A DNA stretch of 64,000 nt from a virus: positions 286,867-350,866 of the IMG/VR virus record IMGVR_UViG_3300024259_002152. One strand, written 5' to 3'. A program made the translations under genes and the position numbers. Positions within the stretch are counted from its first letter, which is position 1, and the number at the start of each line of letters is the position of its first letter. A model generated the notes under the pieces. The model searched no databases. It was given only the letters and a program-made list of their open reading frames with translations, and was not told where the DNA came from. This document shows positions 1 through 10,136 of this stretch, piece after piece.

Positions 1-2
1 AG

Positions 3-626
3 TGTAATTATGAGCAAATTAAGTGGGAAGCGTCATATATGGGAACTCGGTATGTGAAGCAATATAACTTTGAAGATATGGAAACCATAGTCAATACTGC
101 TAAAACTTTAGATAGCAATAATGAGGGTTATGTCATACGCTTCAAAAGCGGAATACGTTTAAAAATTAAAGGCGATGAGTATGTCCGCGTGCATAGACTA
201 ATTTCTCAAGTCACACCTCTTGCTATATGGGAATCTATGGTTAATGGTGACGACTTAGAAGGGATAAAAAAAGATTTGCCAGAAGAGATGGAAAAAGACT
301 TTGATACTATAAGAGCAATTTTTAATGCAAAATTAGAAGCTTTTATAAAAGAGGTAGAAAGTCTTTGTGAGCGAACTAAATCTATGTCAGATAAGGAATT
401 AGGCATATATATGCAACAGGGTCTTGTGGCATTCGGAAACACAGTTTTTAAAGATTCTTTTAAATTTATTTTCCATATGAGAAAGAATAAATTCTATGAA
501 TCTCTTAACGATGTGCCATCGTATGGTCGTAGAAGAATTTTTGCTGCATTTAGACCAAAAGCTAATATATTGGAAGGATATAAGCCTTCGTCAGTAGTTA
601 ATAGATTCGCCAATATGGACAACTAA
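3..626 (+). CDS. RNA/DNA ligase-family nucleotidyltransferase, C-terminal part (5' end lies upstream of window)
   Basis: Frame open to nt 3; motif IV-like EGYVIRFK and motif V-like LKIKGDEY of covalent nucleotidyltransferases (Rnl/ligase). Confidence 0.5.
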   Translation, partial: CNYEQIKWEASYMGTRYVKQYNFEDMETIVNTAKTLDSNNEGYVIRFKSGIRLKIKGDEYVRVHRLISQVTPLAIWESMVNGDDLEGIKKDLPEEMEKDFDTIRAIFNAKLEAFIKEVESLCERTKSMSDKELGIYMQQGLVAFGNTVFKDSFKFIFHMRKNKFYESLNDVPSYGRRRIFAAFRPKANILEGYKPSSVVNRFANMDN

Positions 627-716
627 CTAAATCACTTTCCAAAAAACTGATTTGTAAGTGAAAGTGATTTAGTTATAATTCACCTAGTAATATTAGTTGT
701 TTATTTAGGTGTATTT

Positions 717-1151
717 ATGAAAAGTGAATATGGGTGCTATGTTTTAATGTTGTCGTATATTGATGAAAATTGGATGGATATAGGAGGTAATATTTATCCA
801 ACAGAAGGTTTTATAGTAGCTAAAAATTTTACGAGAGATATTGATGTCAGATTTGGATTGAATGGAATTCTATGGGGTAAAACTTGCTATTTTCCATATG
901 AAAAAATAGATAAGGGACACTGGGCAGTAGTAAAAATAGAATTAACTGAAGATTTAATACAAACTGATTATCGTTATAATCGTTATAAATTTTCTAATGG
1001 ATTTGTAGTTTATACTGGTAGTCTGAGGTTTGCTGCTGATTACATCCTTGAACATAAAAATGATTCTGATTTTGGAGAAGAAGGAGGATGGTTGCAGCCA
1101 GAAGAGATAGCAGGATCTCAACAATGGATGCAAGACCATGCTCTTGTATAA
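717..1151 (+). CDS. hypothetical protein
   Basis: 144-aa ORF, no recognised motif. Confidence 0.4.
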   Translation: MKSEYGCYVLMLSYIDENWMDIGGNIYPTEGFIVAKNFTRDIDVRFGLNGILWGKTCYFPYEKIDKGHWAVVKIELTEDLIQTDYRYNRYKFSNGFVVYTGSLRFAADYILEHKNDSDFGEEGGWLQPEEIAGSQQWMQDHALV

Positions 1152-1192
1152 GAATAAGTTTAATATTTAATTAAGAAAAATAGGGAAGCATT

Positions 1193-1981
1193 ATGATAGG
1201 TTCCATAATAGGCGATGTAATTGGTTCTCCTTATGAGGGGAGAAGGATGAATTTCTTTGATTATGATTTCCCTCTCTTTAATGAAAGATCTACATTTACA
1301 GATGATACTATACTAACTGTTGCTACAGCTAAAGCTATACTTGAAGATATTCCTTACAAAGATGTTTATCTTGAGTTTGGTAGAAAGTATAAACGTAAGG
1401 GTTATGGTGGAGCTTTTGAAGCATGGTTATGTTCTGATGATCCTCAACCTTATGATAGTTGGGGAAATGGTTCTGCTATGAGGGTGGGCCCTATAGGTTT
1501 TTATTTTGACGAAGATGATGAAATCTTAAAAGAAGCAAAAGCAAGTTCAGAAGTAACTCATAATCATCCACATGGAATAGACGGTGCTCAAGCAATAGCT
1601 TTAGCTATTCATCATGCTAAAATAGGAGACAGCAAAGAACAGATAAAAAAAATTGTTTTTGCTGTGACTGGTTATTATGATTTGAATAAAACTGTAGATG
1701 ATTATAGAAAGAATTATAAGTTTGATACTAGTTGTAAAGTAACTGTTCCCCAAGCATTAACTGCCTTCTTTGAATCTGATAGTTTTGAAGATTGTATTAG
1801 AAAGGCAGTTTTAATGGGGGGAGATACAGATACGCTGGCGTGTATAGCAGGGTCAGTAGCAGAAGCATATTATAAGATTATTCCTAATAATATTAGCATG
1901 AAAGCTTTAGAAAAACTACCTGTAGAATTTTCAATTATAATAAATCGTTTTTATAGGGAAGTTTTAGAAGGAAATATATGA
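1193..1981 (+). CDS. ADP-ribosylglycohydrolase (ARH/DraG family)
   Basis: N-terminal GSIIGDVIGSPYE, C-terminal GGDTDTLACIAGSVAEAYY signature of ARH family. Confidence 0.75.
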   Translation: MIGSIIGDVIGSPYEGRRMNFFDYDFPLFNERSTFTDDTILTVATAKAILEDIPYKDVYLEFGRKYKRKGYGGAFEAWLCSDDPQPYDSWGNGSAMRVGPIGFYFDEDDEILKEAKASSEVTHNHPHGIDGAQAIALAIHHAKIGDSKEQIKKIVFAVTGYYDLNKTVDDYRKNYKFDTSCKVTVPQALTAFFESDSFEDCIRKAVLMGGDTDTLACIAGSVAEAYYKIIPNNISMKALEKLPVEFSIIINRFYREVLEGNI

Positions 1982-2673
1982 TGCTGATTACTGTCATTGC
2001 AGATATGCATGGAAATTTGAAGTTTAAAGTTCCAGAAACGGATTTGCTTTTGATAGCGGGAGATATATGTCCAGCTTCTCATGATCGTTATATATCTATT
2101 GGTATGCAAAGAACATGGTTGGAAAACAAATTTAAAAAATGGATTTATGAACAACCTGTTGATCATGCTATTGCTATAGCTGGAAACCATTGTTGGATAT
2201 GGGAATGTGCTGAAAGTGAAGTTCCTATATGGTTTCCTAAAAATTGTGTCGATAAAGAAATGGTGGAGGATAATAAGATTGAATATATAGAGGACTTTTT
2301 AGTTTTCTATAAGGATTTAAAAATATATGGGACTCCTGTTCAGCTTTCTTTTAATAATTGGGCTTTTAATCGGGAAGAAGAATCACTACAAAAGTATTGG
2401 GATAATATCCCTGAAGGACTAGATATACTTCTTCTACATAGTCCTCCATATGGAATATTAGACCAAACTCATCATCCTAAATATCCTTCTAAGCGTATAG
2501 GTAGTAAAAGTTTGTTAAAAAGAATAAAACAGGTTAAACCTAAACTGGTAGTTTTTGGTCATAATCATGGAGACCATGGGGTGGTTGAAGAAGATGGTAT
2601 TAAGTATATTAATGCTTCTTTAATTGACGAGCATTATAAAATGGTAAGAAAACCGATTGTTATAGAAATATAA
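1978..2673 (+). CDS. calcineurin-like metallophosphoesterase
   Basis: DMHGN, GDI, GNHC, LLLHSPP, GHNHG motifs; start overlaps upstream stop. Confidence 0.7.
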   Translation: MMLITVIADMHGNLKFKVPETDLLLIAGDICPASHDRYISIGMQRTWLENKFKKWIYEQPVDHAIAIAGNHCWIWECAESEVPIWFPKNCVDKEMVEDNKIEYIEDFLVFYKDLKIYGTPVQLSFNNWAFNREEESLQKYWDNIPEGLDILLLHSPPYGILDQTHHPKYPSKRIGSKSLLKRIKQVKPKLVVFGHNHGDHGVVEEDGIKYINASLIDEHYKMVRKPIVIEI

Positions 2674-2754
2674 CACTTAAAGGATATTTATAGGTATTTT
2701 AAGAATTATAATAATTATAGATATTTGATTTTACTAGGATTATAAAAAAGACAA

Positions 2755-5535
2755 ATGAGAATAGCTGATATATACCAGACTGTAGCTGATAATATAAATA
2801 GCGCTCAGGATAGAGGTGGGGATATAGTGTCTTATGTTGATCAGATGATGACAGACATTAATGATTCTGAGATACCTACTAATGACACAAACAAGAAAAC
2901 ACTAGAAAGTCAAATTAATGCGACTTCCCACCTTCTCATTTTAAAGAATAATACCTATACTGTTGAAGTGCTAAATTTTGTCCGAGAGTTACAAAAATAT
3001 GTAACGGAAGAGTATGGTTCAATAAATACTTTTTTAAGAGATCATGGCATACTAGTGGGAGTTACTTTTGCTGATATATCTAAAACTGTAGGATATCCAA
3101 TCGATGCAGATAATATCGTTGTAGATTATGGGTGCGATTTTTATGTGTCTAATAGTGGTAATGATTCAAATGATGGACGCACTGCGGCAACCGCATGGGC
3201 TACTCTTGATAAAGTTAGTAGCGTTCTTACTGATGCTACATTGAGTGTGGATAATGCAATTAGTGCTGGTGATATTGTTGGTTTTCGTACAGATGATATT
3301 TTTGTTGGAACATTAGATACTTCTGAAGTTGACGGTAGTTCTGGAAATCCTATTACTTTTACTTCATATGGGACGGGAAATAAACCAGTAATTACTGGTA
3401 AGATTACTTTAGGAGATAATTGGGTTCATCATTCTGGTAATATTTGGAGATATGATGTTTCATCTTTGTCTGCCACTCATGTTAGATATTTATTGTTGGA
3501 TGGTGTCGATCAAACAATGTCTCAATCAGAAGTGGGATATGCAGACAATGCGACATATAGTTCTTTCCAAGACTATAATTTAAGCTTTAATCCAAGCTTT
3601 AATCCTAGTGTAGATCCCGATTATAATCCTAGCGATTATGACAGTATTTATGTGGGTGCTGAAGTATTGATGAGAACAACAATTTTTACATGGGATATAC
3701 GAACTGTTACAGATTATGATCCTTATTCGGGGACAATATGTTTTGCACCAACTGTAAGTTATATTCTGGGAACAACAGGATCTTCTAAGGGGGGTTATTT
3801 CTTTCAGAATTCTTTATATATTTTGGAACAAAATGAGATTCAGGGGGAATGGGTAAATGAAGGTGATTATATTTATTATTATTCAATAACTGATCCTTAT
3901 GATTTAGGAACCATTGAAGTAAGTTCAGTAGATACTTTAATGGAAATTGAAAATTCAGAATATATAACTGTTAATAATCTAAAGTTTATGTATGCTAATG
4001 ATTATGCCATATTAGGGGATGGAGCCAATTATAAAAATATAAATAATTGTCATTTTGAGCAATGTAACACTGGTATTTTTGAGGCAATCACAGGTTCATC
4101 AAATTCAATAATAGATAATAATATTTTTACAGATATGGGTAGCATTGCTATTCATCAACGTGATTCAGTTGATGTGACAATTACAAATAATACTATTACT
4201 AATATCGGTTTGACAATTGGCAGGATGGCTTATGTAGAAGATTCTAATACTTGGAATCCTAATATGTGGTATTCGGGTATACATTGTATAGATGCGTCAG
4301 GAGGATTGATTAAATATAATAATATTACAAATGTTGGTTATATAGGATTTAATTTCACCAGACCTACCGATCAAGTGCTTATACAATATAACTATATGAA
4401 AAATCCTTGTTTTTTACTCGTCGATGGTGGATCATTTTATTCTTATAGTAATGCTCAACCTACTGTAACTTCAAATATTAATCAAATAACCTATAGAAAT
4501 AATATTGCCGAGTATGATGATTATGATAATGTAGATCGTTTGATTGGACTTGAAGGTTCTACTTATGAGGAAAGTTCTGCCGGAGTTGTTGGTCTATTTA
4601 AAGATGGATATCTAAGAGCTGCTAATTATTATGATAATTTTGCATTTGGTTTTTTCTTTGCTATTAGAAGCAATGCTTCGATGTATTCTGTGTGGTCAGG
4701 AAATATTGGAGTAGATAAATATTACATTTCTGGAACTGCTAGATCTTTTTATATGGCTGATGCGGCTTCAGTATTTTGGGTTAATAATATTTGTGAAAAT
4801 AATGTTTTTGTTTCTAATTATGTAGGTAGTTCTAGAGTGGGTTTGGTATATGATGATCAATTAATTGCTGCTAGTGGCAATTCATTTGATTATAATAAGA
4901 TGTTAAATCCATTTACTATACTTCCAGAACGTATTTCTACTTTGCCAAGCTTCAACTATTTAACAATAGAAGAATGGAAAGCATATGATGCAGTAGGACC
5001 TCATGAAACTTCTAATGTATTTTTGTATTCTATATCTGGACTATCTTCTGAGTCCGAATTTATCTGGTATGCTACTAATCCTACAAAATCAACAGTTAGT
5101 GTCAGTTTCCCTGCTGGCTATCGTTACTATACTGTTGATGGAGACGCAGTTACAAGTGATACCCTATCTTTATATGAAGGTAAGGTTTATTACAGGACTA
5201 TAGATGAAGGAATGCCTCAGGCTAGTAGTGTTACTATAAGTGAAAATATAAGCGCTAATCCTTCTAGCGGTGGAGTTTATGATGCTTCTTATGATTATAA
5301 CCATGCCGAAGGGAATACTGAATCAGGTTCTACTTATCAGTGGTATCGTTCAATAGATGGGACTGTTGAAGCGAGAGTAACAATTTCAGGTGCGAATAGC
5401 TTATCATATGACACAACTAGTATGGATATCGATCAATATGTCTTATTTGGTGTGACACCAAAATCTGCTGCTGGAGCGGGAAGTTTAGTTACCGGAGTGG
5501 AAAGATTTAGCAATACCATGTCTGTAGTTTGGTAA
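2755..5535 (+). CDS. tail fibre/tailspike with right-handed beta-helix (pectate-lyase-like) domain
   Basis: 926 aa; SGNDSNDGRTAATAW start of beta-helix, many NNIxxN/IGxxG repeats, Gly/Ser-rich termini. Confidence 0.6.
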   Translation: MRIADIYQTVADNINSAQDRGGDIVSYVDQMMTDINDSEIPTNDTNKKTLESQINATSHLLILKNNTYTVEVLNFVRELQKYVTEEYGSINTFLRDHGILVGVTFADISKTVGYPIDADNIVVDYGCDFYVSNSGNDSNDGRTAATAWATLDKVSSVLTDATLSVDNAISAGDIVGFRTDDIFVGTLDTSEVDGSSGNPITFTSYGTGNKPVITGKITLGDNWVHHSGNIWRYDVSSLSATHVRYLLLDGVDQTMSQSEVGYADNATYSSFQDYNLSFNPSFNPSVDPDYNPSDYDSIYVGAEVLMRTTIFTWDIRTVTDYDPYSGTICFAPTVSYILGTTGSSKGGYFFQNSLYILEQNEIQGEWVNEGDYIYYYSITDPYDLGTIEVSSVDTLMEIENSEYITVNNLKFMYANDYAILGDGANYKNINNCHFEQCNTGIFEAITGSSNSIIDNNIFTDMGSIAIHQRDSVDVTITNNTITNIGLTIGRMAYVEDSNTWNPNMWYSGIHCIDASGGLIKYNNITNVGYIGFNFTRPTDQVLIQYNYMKNPCFLLVDGGSFYSYSNAQPTVTSNINQITYRNNIAEYDDYDNVDRLIGLEGSTYEESSAGVVGLFKDGYLRAANYYDNFAFGFFFAIRSNASMYSVWSGNIGVDKYYISGTARSFYMADAASVFWVNNICENNVFVSNYVGSSRVGLVYDDQLIAASGNSFDYNKMLNPFTILPERISTLPSFNYLTIEEWKAYDAVGPHETSNVFLYSISGLSSESEFIWYATNPTKSTVSVSFPAGYRYYTVDGDAVTSDTLSLYEGKVYYRTIDEGMPQASSVTISENISANPSSGGVYDASYDYNHAEGNTESGSTYQWYRSIDGTVEARVTISGANSLSYDTTSMDIDQYVLFGVTPKSAAGAGSLVTGVERFSNTMSVVW

Positions 5536-5536
5536 T

Positions 5537-6133
5537 TTGTATTTAAGAAAGCGTAAACTATCTATTAATATTATGGAATACAGAGAAAAAATAAAAAGAG
5601 AAAAACAAATGATAGATAGTTGGGAAGAGATGGAAACCAGCAAACAACAACTGTCCCAACTTTTACTCAATCAAAGACAATTAGGTCCACAAGATTTTAT
5701 TCTTTTTTTTCAGTGTATGATCTTGGTTGTAGAAAATGTGGAAATACATAAAGAAGAGATAGAAGATTCTCCAGATAGATTAGAAGTAGAGAATACAGAT
5801 GAAAAATTTTATAATATTTTTGGTCCTTTATCAGAGAATGTGGAGAAACTTTGCGGTAAAGAAATAATTGGAGAGATAGAATATTTTCTTATGTCAATGG
5901 ACGATTCTAAGACTATAAACGAAAGATTCGATGCTATTGAGAAAATAAGGATGTCGGCATGGAAGAATATGTCTAATAAAAAAGATGAGATTGTAGAGTT
6001 GTTAGAAAGATATCCCAAGGATATATGTGCTGATGATTTTATGCTTATTTTTAAATGTATCTCTATGATATTACTAGAGTTAGATATGAAAAACCAAGAG
6101 AGGCAAATGCTGAAAAAGCTCAAATTTGAGTAA
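5537..6133 (+). CDS. hypothetical acidic protein
   Basis: 198-aa ORF. Confidence 0.4.
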   Translation: MYLRKRKLSINIMEYREKIKREKQMIDSWEEMETSKQQLSQLLLNQRQLGPQDFILFFQCMILVVENVEIHKEEIEDSPDRLEVENTDEKFYNIFGPLSENVEKLCGKEIIGEIEYFLMSMDDSKTINERFDAIEKIRMSAWKNMSNKKDEIVELLERYPKDICADDFMLIFKCISMILLELDMKNQERQMLKKLKFE

Positions 6134-6135
6134 AA

Positions 6136-6180
6136 TTCCAGACAATGAATTTTTCAAACATATAGGTAGAAATGTGTCGT
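6136..6180 (+). promoter_or_regulatory. phage promoter box TTCCAGACAA (-35 AGACAA) with -10 about 17 bp downstream
   Basis: motif plus TATAGG. Confidence 0.5.
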
Positions 6181-6203
6181 TATAACAATTATAGGAGTAT
6201 AAG

Positions 6204-6614
6204 ATGTATAGAAAGATGTCTCGACGAGGGGAAATTGATGGATTCTGGCTATTCATGATCTTGATTTTTGCCATAATTCCAGCTATAAAATATTTTGCAG
6301 GAGATGACAAAGTAGAAGAACCAGAAGGTGCAGCCCCTACGGTTAAAATAATTGACAATAAGGGCGTTATTCTATCTGTCAGAGATAATAGGACAACTGC
6401 TCCTATTAATAGTCAAGTTAAAATACCTCTCCCAAAAGATGCGGTATATACTATTAATAGAATTTCCCCAGATGATAAAGATCCAGAGATTTTGCCTGTT
6501 GTTTTTTCGACTGGATATCTTATAACTTCTTTCGATAAGAGGGGAACATGGGAAATAAATATGTATGATGAGAATGATTTGTTAGTTGAGTGGATTAGAG
6601 TAACTGTTTATTAG
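6204..6614 (+). CDS. hypothetical membrane-anchored protein
   Basis: N-terminal hydrophobic helix. Confidence 0.4.
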   Translation: MYRKMSRRGEIDGFWLFMILIFAIIPAIKYFAGDDKVEEPEGAAPTVKIIDNKGVILSVRDNRTTAPINSQVKIPLPKDAVYTINRISPDDKDPEILPVVFSTGYLITSFDKRGTWEINMYDENDLLVEWIRVTVY

Positions 6615-6622
6615 AAAGCAAA

Positions 6623-7120
6623 ATGATGTTAAAAAATAAAGCTGAAAAAGATATTAAAAAAATGTGGGCTTTAATCCAAAAGGATTCAGAAGCCTTAGGC
6701 TATTATTTATCAACAGGGAAGTTTATGGACGGAGTAAATGAACAAGATATTTTTATGATGATGGTGGTTTGTCTAAAAATTGTAGTGGGTGAGTTGTATG
6801 TCAATACCGAAAAATATGAGAAATATCCAGCAAAGCATTATACAGAAGATGAGTTTGTGAATATGGTGATCGATTCTATCGGAAAAAAATTGCCCGACAA
6901 AAATGATTTTGATGGGACTATCGCACATATAAAGAGTATAAAATCTCTTATGTGGGGTTACGCAAAATATAACTGTGAGAATTATCTTAAATTATATATG
7001 GCATTTAATCAGCATGATACAGGAAATTGTACTTTTGGTCATCTTAAGTCATGTGCTGCCATAGTCCTTGTGGAATGTATTTTAAGAAGAACTCAAAAAA
7101 ATAGGAATATCTGTTTGTAG
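6623..7120 (+). CDS. hypothetical protein
   Basis: 165-aa ORF. Confidence 0.4.
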   Translation: MMLKNKAEKDIKKMWALIQKDSEALGYYLSTGKFMDGVNEQDIFMMMVVCLKIVVGELYVNTEKYEKYPAKHYTEDEFVNMVIDSIGKKLPDKNDFDGTIAHIKSIKSLMWGYAKYNCENYLKLYMAFNQHDTGNCTFGHLKSCAAIVLVECILRRTQKNRNICL

Positions 7121-7159
7121 AAGAGTACTGGTAAAAGTTATCAAAAACATAAAAAATCT

Positions 7160-7567
7160 TTGGAAAAACACATGAGTAAATTAAAAATTGGAATAGATAT
7201 AGATAATACCATTGACGCGTCTAAAACAAGTGTTAATTTTTTCTCTTTGTTTACTAATGCTATAAGGCATGTTGCCCAAATTTATATTATCACCAACAGA
7301 GATCCTGGAGAAGATAGTAGGGCAGACACTATGTCGGAGCTAGATATGTTTGGTATTTATTATGATGAGTTGATTATAACTGCTGAAAAATCTCAACACA
7401 TTCTGCAATTAGGTGTTGATGTTTATTTTGATGATACGGATGAATATTTTCTAGATCTTCCTGAGTCCGTTGCTGTATTTAAAATCAGAGAGTTTGGTAA
7501 TTTTGATTTTAAAGAACATAAATGGCTGTATGGAGATAAGACGGGTATCAATATTGACAAGAAATAA
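7160..7567 (+). CDS. HAD-superfamily phosphatase (5'(3')-deoxyribonucleotidase-like)
   Basis: GIDIDNTI (DxDxT), YIITNR, DVYFDDTDE motifs. Confidence 0.5.
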   Translation: MEKHMSKLKIGIDIDNTIDASKTSVNFFSLFTNAIRHVAQIYIITNRDPGEDSRADTMSELDMFGIYYDELIITAEKSQHILQLGVDVYFDDTDEYFLDLPESVAVFKIREFGNFDFKEHKWLYGDKTGINIDKK

Positions 7568-7578
7568 ACAGAAGGAAA

Positions 7579-8184
7579 GTGGAGCGTTTTTCAGAATATA
7601 ACTTTATGAACTGGTATAAACGAGCAAATTTACAAACTACTCTTCCATATTTCCAAGAATTTGAAGATATGGGGGAGTATACTCCAAATGAAGAAAGTAT
7701 CAATAAAGTTCTGGAGAACCAGTTTGGAGCCACCATTGTCTCAGATATTGGGCAAGGAGATTCGGGAGTGGCTTATCTTCTATCTAATGGAGATATTTTA
7801 AAAATCACCACTAATACTCAAGAGGGTCAAGTAGCAGATTATCTATGGGAGCATCCTAATCCCAATGTGGTGGAGTATAAATTAGTTTGGAAAGAAGGGG
7901 ACCTTTATTATATTGTGATGGATAATATCCAGACTATGGCGAGTGATTATATTTCAGATGATTTTAATCATATTGCCGAAATTTTAGAGACAAATCAGTG
8001 CTATAAGCCCCAGTGTGCTTATTCCATCGTCCAAAATGATAATACTCTTGATGCTTCGATCAAGTATCAAATTTTATCATATTTATCCTCTTTGATGGAA
8101 ATCCCAATTCCAATATTTGATTTTTTAAACGAAAATAATGTTGGTATAAAAGATGGAAAACTCATATTCTTTGATATAACATAA
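7579..8184 (+). CDS. hypothetical protein
   Basis: 201-aa ORF. Confidence 0.4.
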   Translation: MERFSEYNFMNWYKRANLQTTLPYFQEFEDMGEYTPNEESINKVLENQFGATIVSDIGQGDSGVAYLLSNGDILKITTNTQEGQVADYLWEHPNPNVVEYKLVWKEGDLYYIVMDNIQTMASDYISDDFNHIAEILETNQCYKPQCAYSIVQNDNTLDASIKYQILSYLSSLMEIPIPIFDFLNENNVGIKDGKLIFFDIT

Positions 8185-8259
8185 TTGAAAAGTGATTATA
8201 TTTCCTTTATTCTAATACTATCTGTATGAATGGACGATATATTAGAAAAAGGATAATAT

Positions 8260-9327
8260 ATGAAAATAGAAGATGTTGGTAATAGCTCTTTTAAATGTAA
8301 ATTATTGTTAGGGAATGCTAAAAATGTTTTGCAAGATATCCCTGAAAATACTTTTCATATGGCAGTGACAAGTCCTCCTTATTGGGACCAAAGAGACTAT
8401 AACGTAGATGGTCAATTAGGTCAAGAAAATAGCCCTGAAGAGTATGTAGAGAATTTAGTCGCTATCTGTAGAGAAGTAAGAAGAGTTATTAGGGAAGATG
8501 GCACTTTTTGGCTTAATATCGGAGACGGTTATTGTAAGAAAACTATTAAATCTTCAAATCTTAAACAAAAAGATTTAGTAGGTATACCGTGGATGGTTGC
8601 GTTTGCTCTTAGGCAAGATGGGTGGTATTTACGAAGTGATATTATTTGGAAAAAAACAAATCCTATGCCCGAGAGTGTAAGAACAAGACCTTCTAAATCT
8701 TATGAACATTTATTTCTTTTCTCCAAATCGGAAAATTATTTCTATGATGCAGAAGCTATAGCAGAGCCACAGAAAGAGATTTCTGTTAAAAGAGCTTATT
8801 CTAAAAATAGAGTAGAAAAGAGAAAAGATTATCAAAATGATAATTATGCTATTAGTGGTAAGTCCCAAGATAAAACATATAGAAAGATGAGAAAAATATT
8901 AGACGAGATGGGAGAAGATGAGGTCATCACGTGTAATAAAAAAGATGTTTGGGAAATAGCTACTGCCGACAATAAGGTTAAACATTTTGCCATCTATCCA
9001 AGAGAATTAGTTAAGCCTTGCATTTTGGCAGGTAGTTCTTCGAAAGGTTGTTGTCCAAAATGCCAATCTCCATGGATTATGGAAAAGGGAAAAAATTGGG
9101 AACCAAGTTGTAATTGTGGAGAAACAGAAGTAAAAGAATGTATTGTTCTAGATCCTTTCAATGGGTCAGGAACTACAGGAATGATATGTAGAGAATATGG
9201 TAGAAAGTATGTAGGAATAGATATTAGTGAGGAATATTTATCTTATGCAAGAGATGCTTTGATAGGAGAGAGGAGAGCAGAAATGGCAGAAGAAGTAGAT
9301 TCTATTCAACAACTTAAAGTTTTGTAA
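8260..9327 (+). CDS. DNA methyltransferase, beta-class (N6-adenine or N4-cytosine)
   Basis: Motif IV VTSPPYW precedes motif I LDPFNGSGTTG; Cys-cluster insertion. Confidence 0.75.
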   Translation: MKIEDVGNSSFKCKLLLGNAKNVLQDIPENTFHMAVTSPPYWDQRDYNVDGQLGQENSPEEYVENLVAICREVRRVIREDGTFWLNIGDGYCKKTIKSSNLKQKDLVGIPWMVAFALRQDGWYLRSDIIWKKTNPMPESVRTRPSKSYEHLFLFSKSENYFYDAEAIAEPQKEISVKRAYSKNRVEKRKDYQNDNYAISGKSQDKTYRKMRKILDEMGEDEVITCNKKDVWEIATADNKVKHFAIYPRELVKPCILAGSSSKGCCPKCQSPWIMEKGKNWEPSCNCGETEVKECIVLDPFNGSGTTGMICREYGRKYVGIDISEEYLSYARDALIGERRAEMAEEVDSIQQLKVL

Positions 9328-9368
9328 AATAAGAACTTACAGAAATCTTACAATTTAGGAGTGAAAAA

Positions 9369-9410
9369 TTCCAGACAACGCTTTTCTTAAAATTATAGCA
9401 TAGAAAGTGT
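9369..9410 (+). promoter_or_regulatory. promoter box + -10 TATAGCAT + AGAAAGTGTG box
   Basis: TTCCAGACAACGCTTTTCTTAAAATTATAGCATAGAAAGTGTG. Confidence 0.55.
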
Positions 9411-9446
9411 GTTTTTGAAGAAAGTATAGATATAGAAAGGGCTGTT

Positions 9447-10136
9447 ATGGTAGTTAAATTGACTCATCCATTTTTGATGGAATGTATTGATCCTAAGGGT
9501 CTTTTAAGGAATAACCTTAAAAGCAAATCTATGACATTCTCCATGTTTTCTGGCCGACTTAGAAAGCAAGCTACAAAGTATGCGACAGGTGGGGATGGTA
9601 AAGTAAACGAAGATAAAGAAAATAAATACAAAGGTAATGGGTTTGAGTTATTCTGTGAGATATTTGTAAGAATATTTGGTTTTGATATGCTGGTTTCAAT
9701 AAATCCCGATTCTTATGAAATAGTTGCTGATGGTGATGATACAGGAGTTGATGGAATAGGAATAGGTAACAATGGAAAAATTCATACCTTACAAGCCAAG
9801 TTTTGTATCGGCACAGAAGAATTAACAGCTAATAGGCAACATCTTACAAATTTCACTTCTGCATCTATGCTTAGGTATAATGTTAATAAAGATGAAGTAT
9901 GCAATCTTAATAGGCCTGGGATAAAAAGTAAAATTAATATGACGATCATGCATACTGGTAAGGGTATTAATCATTATACTGAGAATGATATGCTTTGTGG
10001 GCTTATCAGAGAGATAGGTTTAAAGGATATCAAAAATAAAGTAGATGGTAATAATATTTTTTGGGAATGTTTTAGGAAATCATGGGACAAACATCTTACA
10101 GAACTTATGAAGAAAAAGAGAAATGATGAAAAATAG
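9447..10136 (+). CDS. Mrr-like PD-(D/E)xK restriction-endonuclease-fold protein
   Basis: GNGFELFCEIF...DGDDTGVDGIGI...TLQAKF resembles Mrr_cat D-(E/Q)xK core. Confidence 0.4.
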   Translation: MVVKLTHPFLMECIDPKGLLRNNLKSKSMTFSMFSGRLRKQATKYATGGDGKVNEDKENKYKGNGFELFCEIFVRIFGFDMLVSINPDSYEIVADGDDTGVDGIGIGNNGKIHTLQAKFCIGTEELTANRQHLTNFTSASMLRYNVNKDEVCNLNRPGIKSKINMTIMHTGKGINHYTENDMLCGLIREIGLKDIKNKVDGNNIFWECFRKSWDKHLTELMKKKRNDEK

